Source of the DNA: Octopus vulgaris | Taxonomy: Eukaryota | Assembly (NCBI GenBank): GCA_951406725.2 | Contig: OX597832.1 | Span: forward strand, 11,656,001-11,720,000 | DNA length: 64,000 nt | Direction: 5' to 3' | Shown: positions 24,671 through 39,101 of the stretch, one piece after another | Layout: every line of letters begins with the position of its first letter | How positions within the stretch are numbered: the first letter of the stretch is position 1 | Made by a program: the position numbers and the translations under genes | The notes under the pieces: generated by a model | Told to the model about the DNA's origin: nothing | Seen by the model: only the letters and a program-made list of their open reading frames with translations | Database searches by the model: none

Positions 24671-25897
24671 TGAACGGATCTTTCTTTCATTCAGTTAAAC
24701 ATTGCAGCTGCTTACAGTTCAAATGATTTCATCCTATTGTGCTAGTCTGGAACTTCGTAATCTATATCACTGACAAATAAGTGTTGTCTGAGCAATAGAC
24801 TCAACGCTATGCTTTTAATGTTACAATTGTATATCGCTCGGTTGCATATAATAAATAACTACTGTCATTTGTATTCTAAATATAAAAGAAAAATTTCTGA
24901 ATACATGTTTCCTATATAAATATATTATGAAACGAGCAAACTGCTTGATTTTCCTGCCTCATGGATAGTTTCAATCCGCTTAAGAACGTCAACACTTGAC
25001 TTTCTAGAAATAACAACGAAATTTCACGTAAATTAAACCCGAGTGTTTCATGAGAAAAAGTAAGATAGAAAACTACAACTGAATGACAAAATACATGATG
25101 TGCCTTATAAATCTGGTTACTTTGGAATCTGGCCTCTGCCGGACCAGAAGATGATGGAAAGCAGAAACTAACCTCGTCCGACGTGTGTGGGTGCTATGTA
25201 AACAAAGTCTGAACATCGTATTTCAAAAAGATATTGATGTTTTATCAAAACTGCAGCACATGTTAAACTAGGAAGTGATATAACTACTCCTGGTTTCTAA
25301 TCGAGGCTCACTGCCAAGAATTTTCATTGGAAGTGGATATTCCGTGGTTGAAAGGTACTTTCTTTTTATCGACACCGAGGGGATAAAAGCAAAGCTGACC
25401 TCAGCCGGAAGAGTCGGCCTCAGTAGCATTTGATCTCGAAAGAAATGCCGCTTAGCATTTTGCCCGGCGTGCTAACGACTCTGTTAGCTCGTCACACTAT
25501 GTTGTTATTTAGTTATAGCTGTAATTAGTTGTAGTTATAGCTGAACGGCTCTTTCTTTCATTCAGTTAAACATTGCAGCTGCTTACAGAACAAATGATTT
25601 CATCCTATTCTGGTAGTCTAGAACTTCGTAATCTACATCACTAACAAATAAGTGTTGTCTGAGCAATAGACTCAACGCTATGCTTTTAATGTTGCAATTG
25701 TGTATCGCTCGGTTGCATATAATAAATAACCACTGTCATTTGTATTCTAAATATAAAAATAAAATTCTGAATACATGTTTCCTAAATAAACATATGAAAC
25801 GAGCTAACGGCTTGATTTTCCTGCCTCATGGATAGTTTCCATCCGGTCAAGAACGTCAACAATTGACCTTCTAGGAAAAATCTACAAAATTTCACGT
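24671..25897. repeat. Pair of ~355-bp direct repeats (24671-25029 and 25542-25897) around a ~510-bp spacer
   Basis: Both run tgaacgg…tctttctttcattcagttaaacattgcagctgcttacag…aatttcacgt. The spacer contains an old minus-strand SINE A (~25290-25495). Confidence 0.9.
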
Positions 25898-26164
25898 GTG
25901 GGTAGCTATTAGCTATGGTTTATACTGAGTTCAATTTCCACCGAGTTCGATTAAGTTTTGCATCGTTTCGATATCCATAAAGCAACTGGATCGGTAGAAA
26001 GGTAGAGGGAAAGAGAGAGAGAGATTGTTAATGTCAAGGCATACATACGCACGCACACAAATACACACAAACACGTACTTACATACACACCACTTATATA
26101 TTTCCCACCGCATCAATATTTCAGGCCTCGTGCCATTAATAAGAAAGTTTACAATAGTTGTTGT

Positions 26165-26600
26165 ATAGCAGCGAGCTGGCAAAACCGTTAGCTCGTAGCA
26201 TATGATGATTCGCGGCCTTTCTTCTCGCTTTATTTTCTGACTTCAAATTCCACTGACATCGATTTACCTTCCGTCTTTTCAGGGCCAAGAAAATAAGTAC
26301 CTATTTCTTTACTACCCACAAGGAACTAAACACTGAGGGGAGAAACAAGGACAGACATAGGTATTAAGTCGATTATATCGACCCCAGTGCGTTACTGGTA
26401 CTTAATTTATCGATCTCGAAACGATGAAAGGCAAAGTCGACCTCGGCGGAATTTGAACTCACAACGTAGATGCAGACGAAATACCGCCAAGCATTTTGCC
26501 CGGCGTGCTAACGTTTCTGCCAGCTCGCCGCTTTAGGGCCAAGAAAATAAATACCGTTTGAGCACTAGGATTGGTAGAATTTACTTACACTCACAGTCAA
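26165..26600. mobile_element. Young minus-strand SINE A (26302-26534) nested inside an older plus-strand SINE A
   Basis: TSD agggccaagaaaataa(g/a)tacc at 26281-26301 and 26535-26555 lies within the older copy's core. Confidence 0.85.
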
Positions 26601-27159
26601 CTATGAATACTTCCTCTATTTAGGGGTATTTAATATATCCAGCTTCTCTCTAAAATTAAATTATTGTGCTTCCACTTTCGAAGAAGTTGGGTGTCTGATT
26701 CGAGAGAAATTTTTCTGACGAATAACAATATGGAAGCTACACCGTTATTTTAGATTGCTGTTATTCCGAAGAAAGCTCACCCTCTTCCATTATTTGCTAG
26801 TTGTGTTTTATCCTTGTTCTTTTTTATTCTTTAATGTGGTGATGGTAGCGAGAGAAGTAAAGAAGCTACTTGGGTGAATTAAATGTTTGCTTCCTGAATA
26901 AAATATTTAAAATATTCATGCCATTTGCAACAGCGTGGTGTGGCCTTGATATCTAAGCAGACCAAGTTCACACCACAGGACAACAGATAAGCTAGAGTGA
27001 TAATCTGTGACGAGAATTTTGTTGAAGCAATAAACAGATTAGGTTACGAACTCCAACACAGTGTTCGTATATGAGGGCCAGTGGTAATTTGCGCAAACAC
27101 AGGCACACTTACGCGCACACACATACATACAAATATTCCTACATACACATATATACCTA

Positions 27160-28050
27160 TATATAGATATAATATAATATATATACATATATACATATAT
27201 AGATATGTATATATATATATATGTGTACGTATGTATATGTGTATATGTATATATGTATATATATATATGTGTATATATATGTATATAAATACATGTGTAC
27301 GTATGTATATGTGTATATGTATATATATATATGCACATGTGTGTATATATATATATGTGTATATGTATATATATATATGCACATGTGTGTATATATATAT
27401 GTATATATGTGTATATATATATGTATATAAATACATATGTGTATATATATATATGTGTGTATATATATGTATATATATATGTGTATATATATGCGTGTAT
27501 ATGTATGCATATATATGCGTGTATATGTATGCATATATATGCGTGTATATATATGTGTATATATATGCATGTTTATATGTACGTATATATGTATGTGTAT
27601 ATATATGTATGTGTATATGTATATATGTATGTATATATGTATGTATATATGTATGTATATATGTGTATATATATGTATATATGTGTATATATATATATGT
27701 ATGTATATATGTATGTATATATATATGTATGTATATATGTATGTATATATATATGTATGTATATATGTGTATATATGTGTGTATATATGTGTATATATGT
27801 ATGTATATATGTGTATATATATGTATATATGTGTGTATATATATGTATATATATATGTATATATATATGTATACATATGTATTCGTGTATCTGCATAGAT
27901 ATACATACAAAAATATATACATATATATACACACATACATACACTAGCATAAGTATATACATATATATATATCATTATGTATAAATATGTATATATATAT
28001 GTGTGTATGTATGTGCGTATTGTATTTATATATGTATGTATGTATGTATA
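27160..28050. repeat. Compound (TA)/(TG) microsatellite, ~0.9 kb
   Basis: Alternating purine-pyrimidine tract; source of the YI/HT-repeat ORFs. Confidence 0.95.
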
Positions 28051-28955
28051 CACTCCAACATTTACATTTTTAATTATTTACAATTCCAATATTTTCAAAG
28101 TACTTTTGATATGGTTCTACGTGAATATTCTCCTCAAAACTGACATTCAAATATTAATATTTAAACAAGTTAACAAATATGGTAAAAAATTAATTAAAAA
28201 AATGATAATGTACATGATGAAGGAATAAAGTAAAAAAACAATATCGGATGATAATTTAAAGTGTGTGAGTTTCGTGAACGAATGTGTATAAGTGTGTGTA
28301 TTTTTGTGTGAGAGCGCGGGAGGCATAGTTTATATTGTGTGTGGTCGTCATAAAAAATGCAAAAATAACGTAAATAATAATTTAAATAACTTAGTTGAGT
28401 TGCAACATGTGAAAGGAAAGCGTAAAAAAGTCTAAATGATTTAGATGTCTATTTGTTAAAGAAAGGTAACAAAGATCTGTCGAGAATTGTAAACATCTCT
28501 CAAAGCATTGGGAAAAAAATATTTAAGAAACTACGAACACGTTTCGTACAAAAATTGTTTTTACAAACTTACACAGAATAAAATAATATAAGAAGATTCC
28601 GTGAATAACATTCAGATGTTTCTGTATAAATTGGACGTCACCAGCGAAACATTGATTTCTCAAGGCATAGTTTATATAAAATATTGGCTTTAGATTTTGG
28701 CACAAGACAAGCAAGTTCGTGGGGGAGCGGAGTAAATCAGTACTTTATGTACTGACACCGAATAATAAAGTCGTACTGGGTAGAATTTGAACGCAGAACG
28801 TAAAAACAAACGAAATCCCGTTCAGCATTTCACACGGCGTGTGAACTATTCTGCTAGCTCAACGCTTTTGATTGAAAAATAAGGTTAATATGCAATTGAA
28901 AGCTACTATAAGCCCTAAAATTTAAATTTAAATTAAAATGAAAACAAAGACAAAA

Positions 28956-29132
28956 CTCTTTTACTTGTTTCAGTCATTTGACTGCGGCCATGCTGGAGCA
29001 CCGCCTTTAGTCGAAGAAATCGACCCCAGGACTTTTGTAAGCCTAGTACTTATTCTATCGGTCTCTTTTGCCGAACCGCTAAGTTACGGGGACGTAAACA
29101 CACCAGCATCGGTTGTCAAGCGATGTTGGGAG

Positions 29133-29208
<76 letters not shown>

Positions 29209-29350
29209 GACGGGCTTCTTTCGGTTTCCATTTACCAAATCCACTCACAAGATCCGAAGCTATAGTAGAAGACACTTGCCACGCAGTGGGACTGATTCCA
29301 AAAGCATGTGGTTGGTAAGTAAGCTACTTACCACACAGCCACTCCCACGC
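28956..29350 (-). mobile_element. SINE family B with internal deletions
   Basis: Reverse complement of the family B consensus. It lacks short segments around ccactcacaag|atccgaagc and cacttgcc|acgcag. Confidence 0.9.
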
Positions 29351-29889
29351 ATATACTTTACACTTTTCATGTAAATAGATATTATCAAAACGCTTTTGTC
29401 CAAAATCTTGATGCTTTCTATAACTCCGGGTACTACTTCTAATAGATTCATATGTTGTCTTGAAATGGGGCTTGTATTTGTTCCGCTATGTCTCTATCAG
29501 TTTTCCTCATTAACTACTCAGAGGATGGGGCGATTTAGTAACCGACCCTTGGGCATACACCATATTCTATTGGATTACATGAATTTAATAGCTTAAGACC
29601 GCGTGCATACGAATGCACAAGCACGTACACACATGCACACGCATGCACACGTAGAAAACGTATGCGTGGGTGTGTGCACGTTTGTACGAGTGGAAAGAGA
29701 AAGGACACTTTATAATCGTAATAGATGGCTGATATGTGTATTGTTGGATTGGTTTATTAATTCCATTGCAGCCGTTTGATGACTGGCATAATATCAAGTT
29801 TTCTTTGAGATGCAATCACGTCTCACATTTCATAATGTATTAGGATACCAAATATAAATTTATAGGTTCGTAAACCGTCACTAAATTAC

Positions 29890-30140
29890 ACACCCATCCG
29901 TCAATTTTCGTTGCCAACTATTTATGGAGTCCTCAGACAGTTTCTCCATAGGATCTTCACTCAAGCAACCGTCATTAAACTTCTCTGATGGATGCCGAAA
30001 CTTGCCCAACTGCGACTATGGATATTATTTAATCATCTCGTTCGTCGTCTACACTTAGGTCTCTTGAGAGCTTGCACGACCCGGGGAATCTGTCTTCTGG
30101 TCTCTTATTACGGCATTTTAACATCTAGAGTCACATCTAA
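29890..30140 (-). mobile_element. Decayed 3' end of an RTE-type LINE
   Basis: Reads RPKCRRRTR*LNNIHSRSWASFGIHQRSLMTVA*VKILWRNCLRTP, resembling the RTE C-terminal RPRGRP..RW.D…A.DR..WR motif. Confidence 0.55.
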
Positions 30141-30639
30141 GTGTACATATTGGGCAATATAATTTGCGTCACAATTAAAGTCAATCGGCATAATGTAAAT
30201 AATACTCAACTTGCACATTTGTGTGTAAATCTATTGCAGTATTATTCATGTCATTTCAGCATTTCGATGTTTATATACCACGTATATAGAGTTATTTCGT
30301 CTAAAGATCTACTTCAGCACTAAAACGGTCTAAGATGCAGGGCAGTAGAATCGTTACAATCATGTGTTGGAATCGAACTCGATGTCTGTCAATTTGGGCA
30401 TGAGTCTTTTAATATAGCCTCAGATTAGTGCAAGCTCTTTTAATTGTTTAGATCATTTGACTGCAGCCATGTTAAGAAAAAACGGAAAACGAAAAAGGAA
30501 ACAGAACGAAGCAAAGCGGGGCGGGGATTTGAGTTAGTTCCCCTTCGACCGTAAAATATAAGGCTGAAAACATAGTTGCAAAGAGTCGGCGGTACAGCTC
30601 CTCAATTCGGAGAGGGTTGTACTTTCCAATTCGCTAAGA

Positions 30640-31045
30640 GGAACTAGCATTTAGTTCTTCGGATCTAGAATTTAGCAGTGTGTAAAAGATCTGGGCTCTT
30701 TCAGCTACGCATAGCTTATATTTCTTGATCCGTTAACATATGGTTTGGAATATTTTGATCAGTTTTCAATACATTATAATTGCTGTGGCGTTAGACTTCA
30801 AACACTTATACGTGACTAGGTAACTTAATACCTTTACTTTTGTTCTTGCGTCCCAAGGAAGACATGTGGTTATAATTTAGCATTGCTGTAACCTCTGGCT
30901 CATATATGACGGATTTAACCATACATTCCCAGTCGAGTGGCAAGTTCCTATGTCACGACAGTTACAAATGGCACTGGGCTTTTGGTGTTGTTCCTGTGTA
31001 ATGATGTTTTTCATATAGGATCATCAGCTACAAGTTCAATATTTA
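30640..31045 (-). mobile_element. Penelope-like element (Neptune-type) Cys-linker and GIY-YIG endonuclease remnant
   Basis: With frameshifts: MKNIIT…CNCRDIGTC(P)LDWECMVKSVIYEPEVTA … KLCVAERAQI…LLNSRSE. Confidence 0.75.
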
Positions 31046-31168
31046 TGCATATATATGTATATATGTCTTCGTATTTCGTATTTCCTGTTGTTTAGTTTTA
31101 TAACGTCCTGTACCCATATATGCAAGTATACATATATATGTAAGTATATACGTATATGTGTGTATATA

Positions 31169-31214
<46 letters not shown>

Positions 31215-31261
31215 ATTATATAATTGAACGCCACGCATCCGTTTCCGAGTAAGTATATATG

Positions 31262-31480
31262 TGTGTGAGTGTGTGTGTATGTATGTATATATTTGTGTGT
31301 CTGTGTTTGTCCCCCCAACATCGCTTGACAACCGATGCTGGTATGTTTATGTCCCCGTCGCTTACCGGTTCGATAAAATAAGGACTAGGCTTACAAAGAA
31401 TAAGTCCTGGGGTCGATTTGCTCGACTAAAAGCGGTGCTCCAGTATGGTCGCAGTAAAATGACTGAAACAAATAAAAGAA
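31262..31480 (+). mobile_element. 3' half of SINE family B
   Basis: gtgtttgtccccccaacatcgcttgacaaccgatgctgg…gactgaaacaaataaaaga. Confidence 0.85.
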
Positions 31481-33612
31481 TATATATATATATATATATA
31501 TATAAACATCTAAGTATGTGAAGATACATATATAAGCATACATATAGAGAAGATATTGTTATATATGTGTTTCTGTATGTGCATGCGTGTGTGTGTATTT
31601 GTGTGTGCATGCACATATATACATAGAGAGAGAGAGAGAGATAAACAGATAGATAGATAGATAGACAGATACATACATTCATACGTACGTACATACATAC
31701 GTAAGCTACTGGTATCGATATTGATATTTACGTGATATTAACAAAACCGCTTTAGTAGATTTCGATGATAATGGCACTTAATTTCCTTATCCCATTCTTT
31801 CACAAGATTCACACATACACACATACACACACACAAACAGACACACACACACGCACACATACTTTTACGCATACATACAGACGCACAGGCACACACTATA
31901 TATAACGATATTGTTAAATATACCTATATATACAATAACATATTAACATATGCCTAGAGAGATTTATGTCCAAGAATATATTTATGTATACAAGTACATA
32001 AAAAGTGACAGTTTTTTTTTGTTTAATTGTATGTTTGAATATACAATGTAAATGCATAAAAATATGTAGATTTATATTTACGAGTACATAAATATATGAC
32101 ACTGGTTGTTCTTGTGTAAATTTTGTTCATGCGTAAGTATACTAAATACAGAGCACAATTCAAAGATGACAATTAAATATATATATATTTCCAAGATTCT
32201 CCGCTTCATACGATAAATTACATAGACGCAGATAAGACATTTTATTATCTTTTTCTCTATCTAATTGTTATGAAAAGTTATTTGGTGTTAAATATGCATA
32301 TAAAATTCAATAGCGAACAAGGTGTACGCTGCCTAGATAATTATCTATTTCCTTTTAATATATAGTCACGTAGTCTGTAATCGACATTTTAAGCAACGTA
32401 AGCTTAATCATAATGTCTGAACATTTATATAATCTAACCAATGATGAAGCCTCTAGAAGGTCGTTCAAATTGCAAGAAATAACAACGAAATATTTTACAT
32501 ATCACATCCTCCGCCTGCAAAAACAAAAGCGAAAAAATGAGAGAGAGAAAAGAAAATGGATGTTGTATTACGCAGTACATGTCTGGGAAAACACATATGC
32601 ATTATTGACATCACATGTGATTTCTGTTTGGTCGATTAAGGCTAATTAACATGACAATAAATGCGTGTCTAAGGAATTACTCAGACTGGCAGAAATACCG
32701 GCCAAATTACATTTAAATCGTCGCTTTCTATATTCAGGTATATGTGCAAATACTTACAAATGACTTGAGTATGTTGTTAGCGATACACGAATGAGATGTA
32801 TCAGATTAGAATGAGTAGATATTATAGGAAATCTACACAGTCTATGTAATCAGATATACAAAAATATATGATAGTCATAATTGTAATGGCTTTGATCATT
32901 GTTGTACAATGTTAGGGCACATGAGGAGCCACAATCCAACGCAAAGCACGCATTTGTGTCATTTAATATTGGTTATTAGGTTAGTGAAGTAGCGATATCA
33001 ATAAAATCAACGGCAAAAACGCTTTTCGGTATTTCTTGACGAACTTTCCGTTCTCTATTCAAACACCACCAGGACTAATACAATAAGTACCAATCAAGAA
33101 GCGAGGTCGATTTATAATCAATTATTCCTCTCTCACCCACCGAGAGAGGGAAAAAAACCTAAATAATACACAGAAACATACAGTGTAATACACAAACAAT
33201 AGACATATGTACTTATCTGCAATACTTATGAGAAATAGTTAGATGTATAAATAAATAATTGTATAAATAGATAAATAAACAAATACATAAATATATTTGT
33301 CACATACCTGGGATAAATATAAGATACAGAGATAGATAAAATAAATCTATACAAAAAGAATGGATACATACAACATACAAAGCGAACCCAAACACACCAC
33401 ACATACAAACACAGCGCTTTTGCATGTAATGAAATATATTTAGTTCTCAATATGTATTGGTCTAGCATATTTACTTCGATGCTCTATCTAATAGGACACA
33501 ACCTAGTACTAGGATATTCATTTTTTTTAAATCATTCGGAATAGAACATCGGTTACAGCATTACTTCTTTGTTTCTTTGGTTTTCCCCTCCAACTCGTAA
33601 GCTCCCTCAAGA

Positions 33613-33893
33613 GTAAGCCTAGTACTTATTCTATCGGTCTCTTTTGCCGAACCGCTAAGTTACGGGGACGTAAACACACCAGCATCGGTTGTCAAGCGAT
33701 GTTGGGAGACACACAAAACACACACACACACACATATATATATACACATACGACGGGCTTCTTTCAGTTTCCATTTACCAAATCCACTCACAAGATCCGA
33801 AGCTATAGTAGAAGACACTTGCCACGCAGTGGGACTGATCCCAAAATCATGTGGTTGGTAAGTAAGCTACTTACCACACAGCCACTCCCACGC
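33613..33893 (-). mobile_element. SINE family B partial copy, twin of 29036-29350
   Basis: Shares both private deletions and the flank atatactttacacttttcat with the 29-kb copy. Confidence 0.9.
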
Positions 33894-35030
33894 ATATACT
33901 TTACACTTTTCATCAGAGTATATGCCATGCAATGGGACTAAACCTGGAACCTTGTGGTTGGTAAAAAAAAAAAAAGATGTCAATGAGGAAGGGTAGGATA
34001 CCAATCAATATTATTGCTGGCAGCAAATCTTTGTTGACTCACGTCCCCTAACTACACTGTCTTAAACCTATTGAGTACTAGAACGGTAGAAAGCTGGCAG
34101 AATCGTTACCGCGCAAGATAAAATAATTAGCGGTATTTCTTCTGGATCTTTCGCTCTGAATTTTAATTCATCCAAGATCTTATTTACCTTTAATCTTTTC
34201 GGAGTCGATAAAATAAGTACCAGTTAAACACTGGTGTCGATGTCATTGATTAACAGCTATTTCATTCTAAAACTTCAGACATTCCGTCAAATTTTGAAGT
34301 AATTAAAAATAATTTGCTCTTGTTTTTATAACTTTGCGTGGATCACTTTTAAATCAGAATTTGGAAGCAATATATCTCACTTGGATTTCACGATGAACAT
34401 TCAATTATTCGATCAACTAAATCACATACTCTGCAAATTAGCGAATAATTGAACGCGTGGACCATATTTCAATCTGAAGGCAAACCCACACTGATATGGT
34501 GCCTGAAAGAATTGTAAATTTGAATTAAAGGGAGAATTCATTCCAAAGTGTCTGCCCATTTCTTTCAACTCGCATCTACTAAAAAGACGTGGATCTACAC
34601 ATGATACGAGGCAATGACAAATGTCAAGATACCGGGACGAGGTATTTGAGAAGCGAGTTTGTTAAGTGTTCTGCCACACTATAGCAGTATATAAGTCACA
34701 ATGTGTTGTTACCTTGTGTATATCATATTTTGAAGAATGTAGTAAAACACCTATTTTAACTCTTTGTACAAACACGTATTGACGCATACAAACACAAACC
34801 ACTGCATACGTACACAAAACACACACAATGACAGATACAAAGAGAAATTTAAATCAAAATACAGAAACAATGTTTTTAAAGAGAGGCTAGCACTATATTG
34901 GTAAGTATAACCAAAATATAAAATAGTGTAGTATCGATTTTTAAAATACAAATGTGGAACGTTGCATAATATCATGGTTGCACATATTCAGATAAGCACA
35001 ATATATATACGTAAGTCTCTCTCCCTCTCC

Positions 35031-35064
<34 letters not shown>

Positions 35065-35241
35065 GTATATATATATAATATGCACAACAGACACGTGCAC
35101 ACGTATATATATGCACGTATGTTCCTCACGTTATTTGAAACACAGTAACAACCAGTACAACTTTGATTTCATTCAATGTCCCTTCAATATATATGTACAT
35201 ATATAAATCTCTATAAAGGAATGGACGGATATATATATGTG

Positions 35242-35298
<57 letters not shown>

Positions 35299-36243
35299 AT
35301 GTATGTATATATATTATATATATTTATGTGGATACCATGCACACATACATAAAGTAGTCAAATAGATAAAAAGATATATAGATAGAGAAACAGACGAACT
35401 GATAGAGGGATATTTTAATGGATTGAGAGAGAGGGAAAGAGAGAGACAGAGGGGGCATGAGAGAAGGTTAAGGGGGTCTATATGTCACCATACATATTAC
35501 TTATAACAATTACAGTGTTATAGTGATACACAATATGGAAAGTATCAGGCGATAATGGCGTCCATTTACCTAACTTGAATTTCCAGTTTAATCATTTAGC
35601 TGACGTTGATTAACTTTCATTAATATTTATATACACGTTAAATACGAACGATAACTTCATTCTATTCTCAAAGATATTTTATTATACGACATTCATTGTC
35701 TAGCTAACGCTATTCTTACAATCATTCAGCCCTTAATAGTTGCTTAGAACGGTCACACAGAAGCATAAACGTCATAGGTTTAGAACTAACGTAAGATGAA
35801 GAGAATTTCATTAATTCTAAACGACTAAAATCCCAAAGTCAATTGTCTACGCATCTATTACCTAAACAATGCGCATCGATATTCAAGTTTTCATTTATCT
35901 ATTTTTTAATTTTTGTTTTGTTTTATTTTTTTTTTTCGCTTTCTTTTCTAAGTAATTGGGATTCATTGTCAGAAAAAGCCTCTTCTCTAGAATGGAAGTT
36001 ATATGAGTGGAAACGGCAGTTAATATATTTTTACAATTTTAGCATTACACTCAACGTTGAGACAGTGCTGTGCTGTGCGGTGTGTGTGTAAGTGTGTAAG
36101 TGTGCGCGCGAAGCCTGTGTGTATATTCAGAGAATACATACTAAACACATCAAAAAGCTTTAATGACTGAGAATCAAAAACATTCACATACACGTACAGA
36201 GACTTTCATATGTTCAAACACACGCACATACGTACATACACAC

Positions 36244-36294
<51 letters not shown>

Positions 36295-36899
36295 CATACA
36301 CAAATACATACGTACGTACATATATACATACAAGCTTGAATACATGCATACACACATAAATATATAGTACATGCATTGGGATTATAAAACTCATCAAGGC
36401 CTTAAGATATAAAAGATCATGAATGAAACAGTATACTTTTCTTTACAACGTTGTTACAAGTTGGTTGGTGGTCAAAATTTATTCTAAGTATAAAAGAAGC
36501 GAAGAACATACATATGTACATACATACATCTATTAGATTCGCGAAACAATGGACTTGCACCAGAAAAAATTTCTTTGCCCTATTCCGGAGAAAAGCAACT
36601 GTACTGACTATTCCTGAACCACGTGTGAGTGATAGTTCTGATTGCAGTGACTGCACCTGAAGGCGTTGTCTACCTGTCTTATCATGGATATGGTTTTCAA
36701 GTTTGCTTTTCTTGATAGCAAGACCCAGTTTTCCTCTCGTATTTTAAAACCCTTCTCTAATTCCAGTCTCCAGTGGAAGCAATCCCCAGCAATGACGTCC
36801 TGCTTTTAAACTCTTTATATATCTTTTGCAGACATCTTTGCGAAAGTGCATGTCTTGGGATTTTATGTTATTCTGGTTATTTCTAAAGTGTTCTAAGTC

Positions 36900-37092
36900 T
36901 ACGTATTAAATTTAACCAGCTTTTTCTAATGCGCTATTGTAGAGTTCCTTATACTATTTAAAGATATCTTGGTTGGAAGAGCAGCGTGAAATTATTTAGC
37001 TGATGCTGTGTAGCAGTCCTCTTTTAATAAAGTGCGAATGGTTACTCGATGTGTTTATATATTTAAGGTTTGTATTAAGTTTTATGTGGGGT
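36900..37092 (-). mobile_element. PLE reverse transcriptase thumb remnant (may extend ~36600-38000, interrupted by SINEs)
   Basis: Reads NTNLKYINTSSNHSHFIKRGLLHSIS*IISRCSSNQDIFK*YKELYNSALEKAG, matching the Neptune-type YI…SNHP…I..RIS..SS…IF…Y..AL..SGY motif. Confidence 0.75.
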
Positions 37093-37094
37093 TC

Positions 37095-37390
37095 GTTGTG
37101 GTGCTCGGCTAGTTCAGTTTCTTTAGGTCGTGAGTTCCATAATCGGCGGTACGTTTTGTACTTGAGCAAGACAATATATTTTACGTTGCTCCAGTGAACT
37201 CAGCTGGCCTAAAAAGGTAGTCCCTGTATTTTCAAAGGGCTAGCTTTGTCACATTCTGTGTCACGCTGAAATTGACATTAAGAGTACGCATGCCTGAGGC
37301 GTGCCCAGCAACATGCACCTTAATTTCATGAGCAGGCTGTTCCGTTGATCGGATGAACGGAAACATTCGTCGTCCTATTTGAAGGAGTGA
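37095..37390 (+). mobile_element. Old CORE-like SINE (family E)
   Basis: Box B-like gtgagttc, CORE-like cttgagcaagac…atttta(c)gttgctccagt.aactcagctg. Confidence 0.55.
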
Positions 37391-37697
37391 GCGCTAGACA
37401 TCTTTGTTAACTGTGGAATGTAAGTATCTGAATTCGCACTTGAGGTGTATGGTTTCAGCTTTTTCTGTAGAAGACTTTCTCGACCCTGTTCAGTGAGTAA
37501 ATGCATTTGCTTCTCTCCTTACACCGATAAATATATTGCAGTCTCTCATGCCTTTGCACGGCTTCTTCCTTCCTGAATCGATAAAGCAGTTTGTATAGGT
37601 GACACAACCTGGAGCATACAGATTCATATATATGTTCAATTTCATATGTTAAGATCAGTTTCTTTATGCATAACAGATAAATACCTCAACTGATATT

Positions 37698-37908
37698 CTT
37701 TTCTACTCTAGGCACAAGGCCCGAAAGTTTTAGGGAGGGAGCCAGTCGATTAGATCGATCCAATATGCTACTGGTACTTATTTTATTGACTTCGAAAGGA
37801 TGAAAGATTAAGTTGACCGCGGCGGAACTTGAACTCAGAACATAATGACAGACGAAATACCGCTAAGCATTTCGCCCGGCGTGCTAACGATTCTGCCACT
37901 TCACCCCT
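37698..37908 (-). mobile_element. SINE family A monomer
   Basis: TSD tacct(a)caactgatatt at ~37682-37697 and ~37911-37927. Confidence 0.9.
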
Positions 37909-38547
37909 TATACCTACAACTGATATTGGAGCATTAAATGCTGTGTAAATTATATGTAAAGACAAAGTTATGTCTTGCGTATCGCTTACTACGTATCATC
38001 GAGAGAGCCTTTTCATCATCAAGGTGTCAGAATTTGCAGAAAGATGAACAAAGACGGTTCTTGCAGGGAAATTTATAAATCTTATTTTCCGATTTTCTTG
38101 CTACAGATATTGAGTAAAATTCTTACTTTTGGTTTGTGATTTATAAGAAGCATCTCCGTTAATGTTGATCTATAGTTCAACTGTCAGTCACCCAATGGAA
38201 TTTAATTCCTTTCAAAAACTTCAAATGATTCGTACTATAAAGGATAATGTTTTAGATAAACGGCATCGTTCTTCTTTTGCTCTTTTCTGTTGAGGTTGTG
38301 CAGGTTTCGTGAAATAGAATTTATATGATATTGAAATCCCGAATTAGAACCCCTTTTACAAGACATAACATTGTTCCACGCTATACACAAGTATTTCTAT
38401 CACACAGACACACACACGTATATGTATGTGTGTATGTATACTTATATACATACACAGACACACACATATATGTGTGTGTGTGTTTACTTATATACATACA
38501 CAGACACACACATATATGTGTGTCTGTGTATGTATATGTATATATGA

Positions 38548-38586
<39 letters not shown>

Positions 38587-38849
38587 CACAGTTAAGGTAT
38601 TATCGACACATAGAACTGATACAAACATTTAGACAGATAACAGAGGCTACACACATAGACATAGTGGTAGACAGACCGAGCCTCAATACAAAACACGAAT
38701 AGAACAATAACACCCACCACAACAACACAGCATATGACTGAAGAGTGAAGGGATGAGAAGAGAGGAAAAGCCAATAGAAAAAAACCCCAAAACCTAAATA
38801 ATACATAGAAACATACAGTGTAATACAAACACAATAGACATATGCACGT

Positions 38850-39101
38850 ATGTCAGAGAACTTGCAAAGAGGATTATCCACATTTCTCTTAACAAAGGGA
38901 AGGGTCCTGTCAGAAGGCCTTGATTGACCTGGGCGTTGTGACTCGTTCCCATCTCTGGTGAATTGCACAATCACTCTAGTAACAGTAGAAAGCGGGATCT
39001 CAAGTTTTCTGCGGTTTTACTGTATGCCCACCTTGAGAATGACCCAGAGTACGGCCTGTTTGAAATTCAGACAGTTCTAAGGTTCCTCTTATATATGGCA
39101 T
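38850..39101 (-). mobile_element. Tc1/mariner transposase 5' fragment (paired-like HTH), frameshifted
   Basis: From the ATG at 39101: MPYIRGTLELSEFQTGRTLGHSQGG… /fs/ KLEIPLSTVTRVIVQFTRDGNESQRPGQSRPSDRTLPFVKRNVDNPLCKFSDI. Typical Tc1 N-terminus (ELS..QRG.I…IP.STV..I…RPGRP). Confidence 0.8.

Noticed and set aside
31000-31035. Minus-strand CTGATGA…GAAA hammerhead-like string
   Set aside because: No stem II or stem I pairing; better explained as the decayed YSC-P-MKNII coding segment of the PLE ORF.
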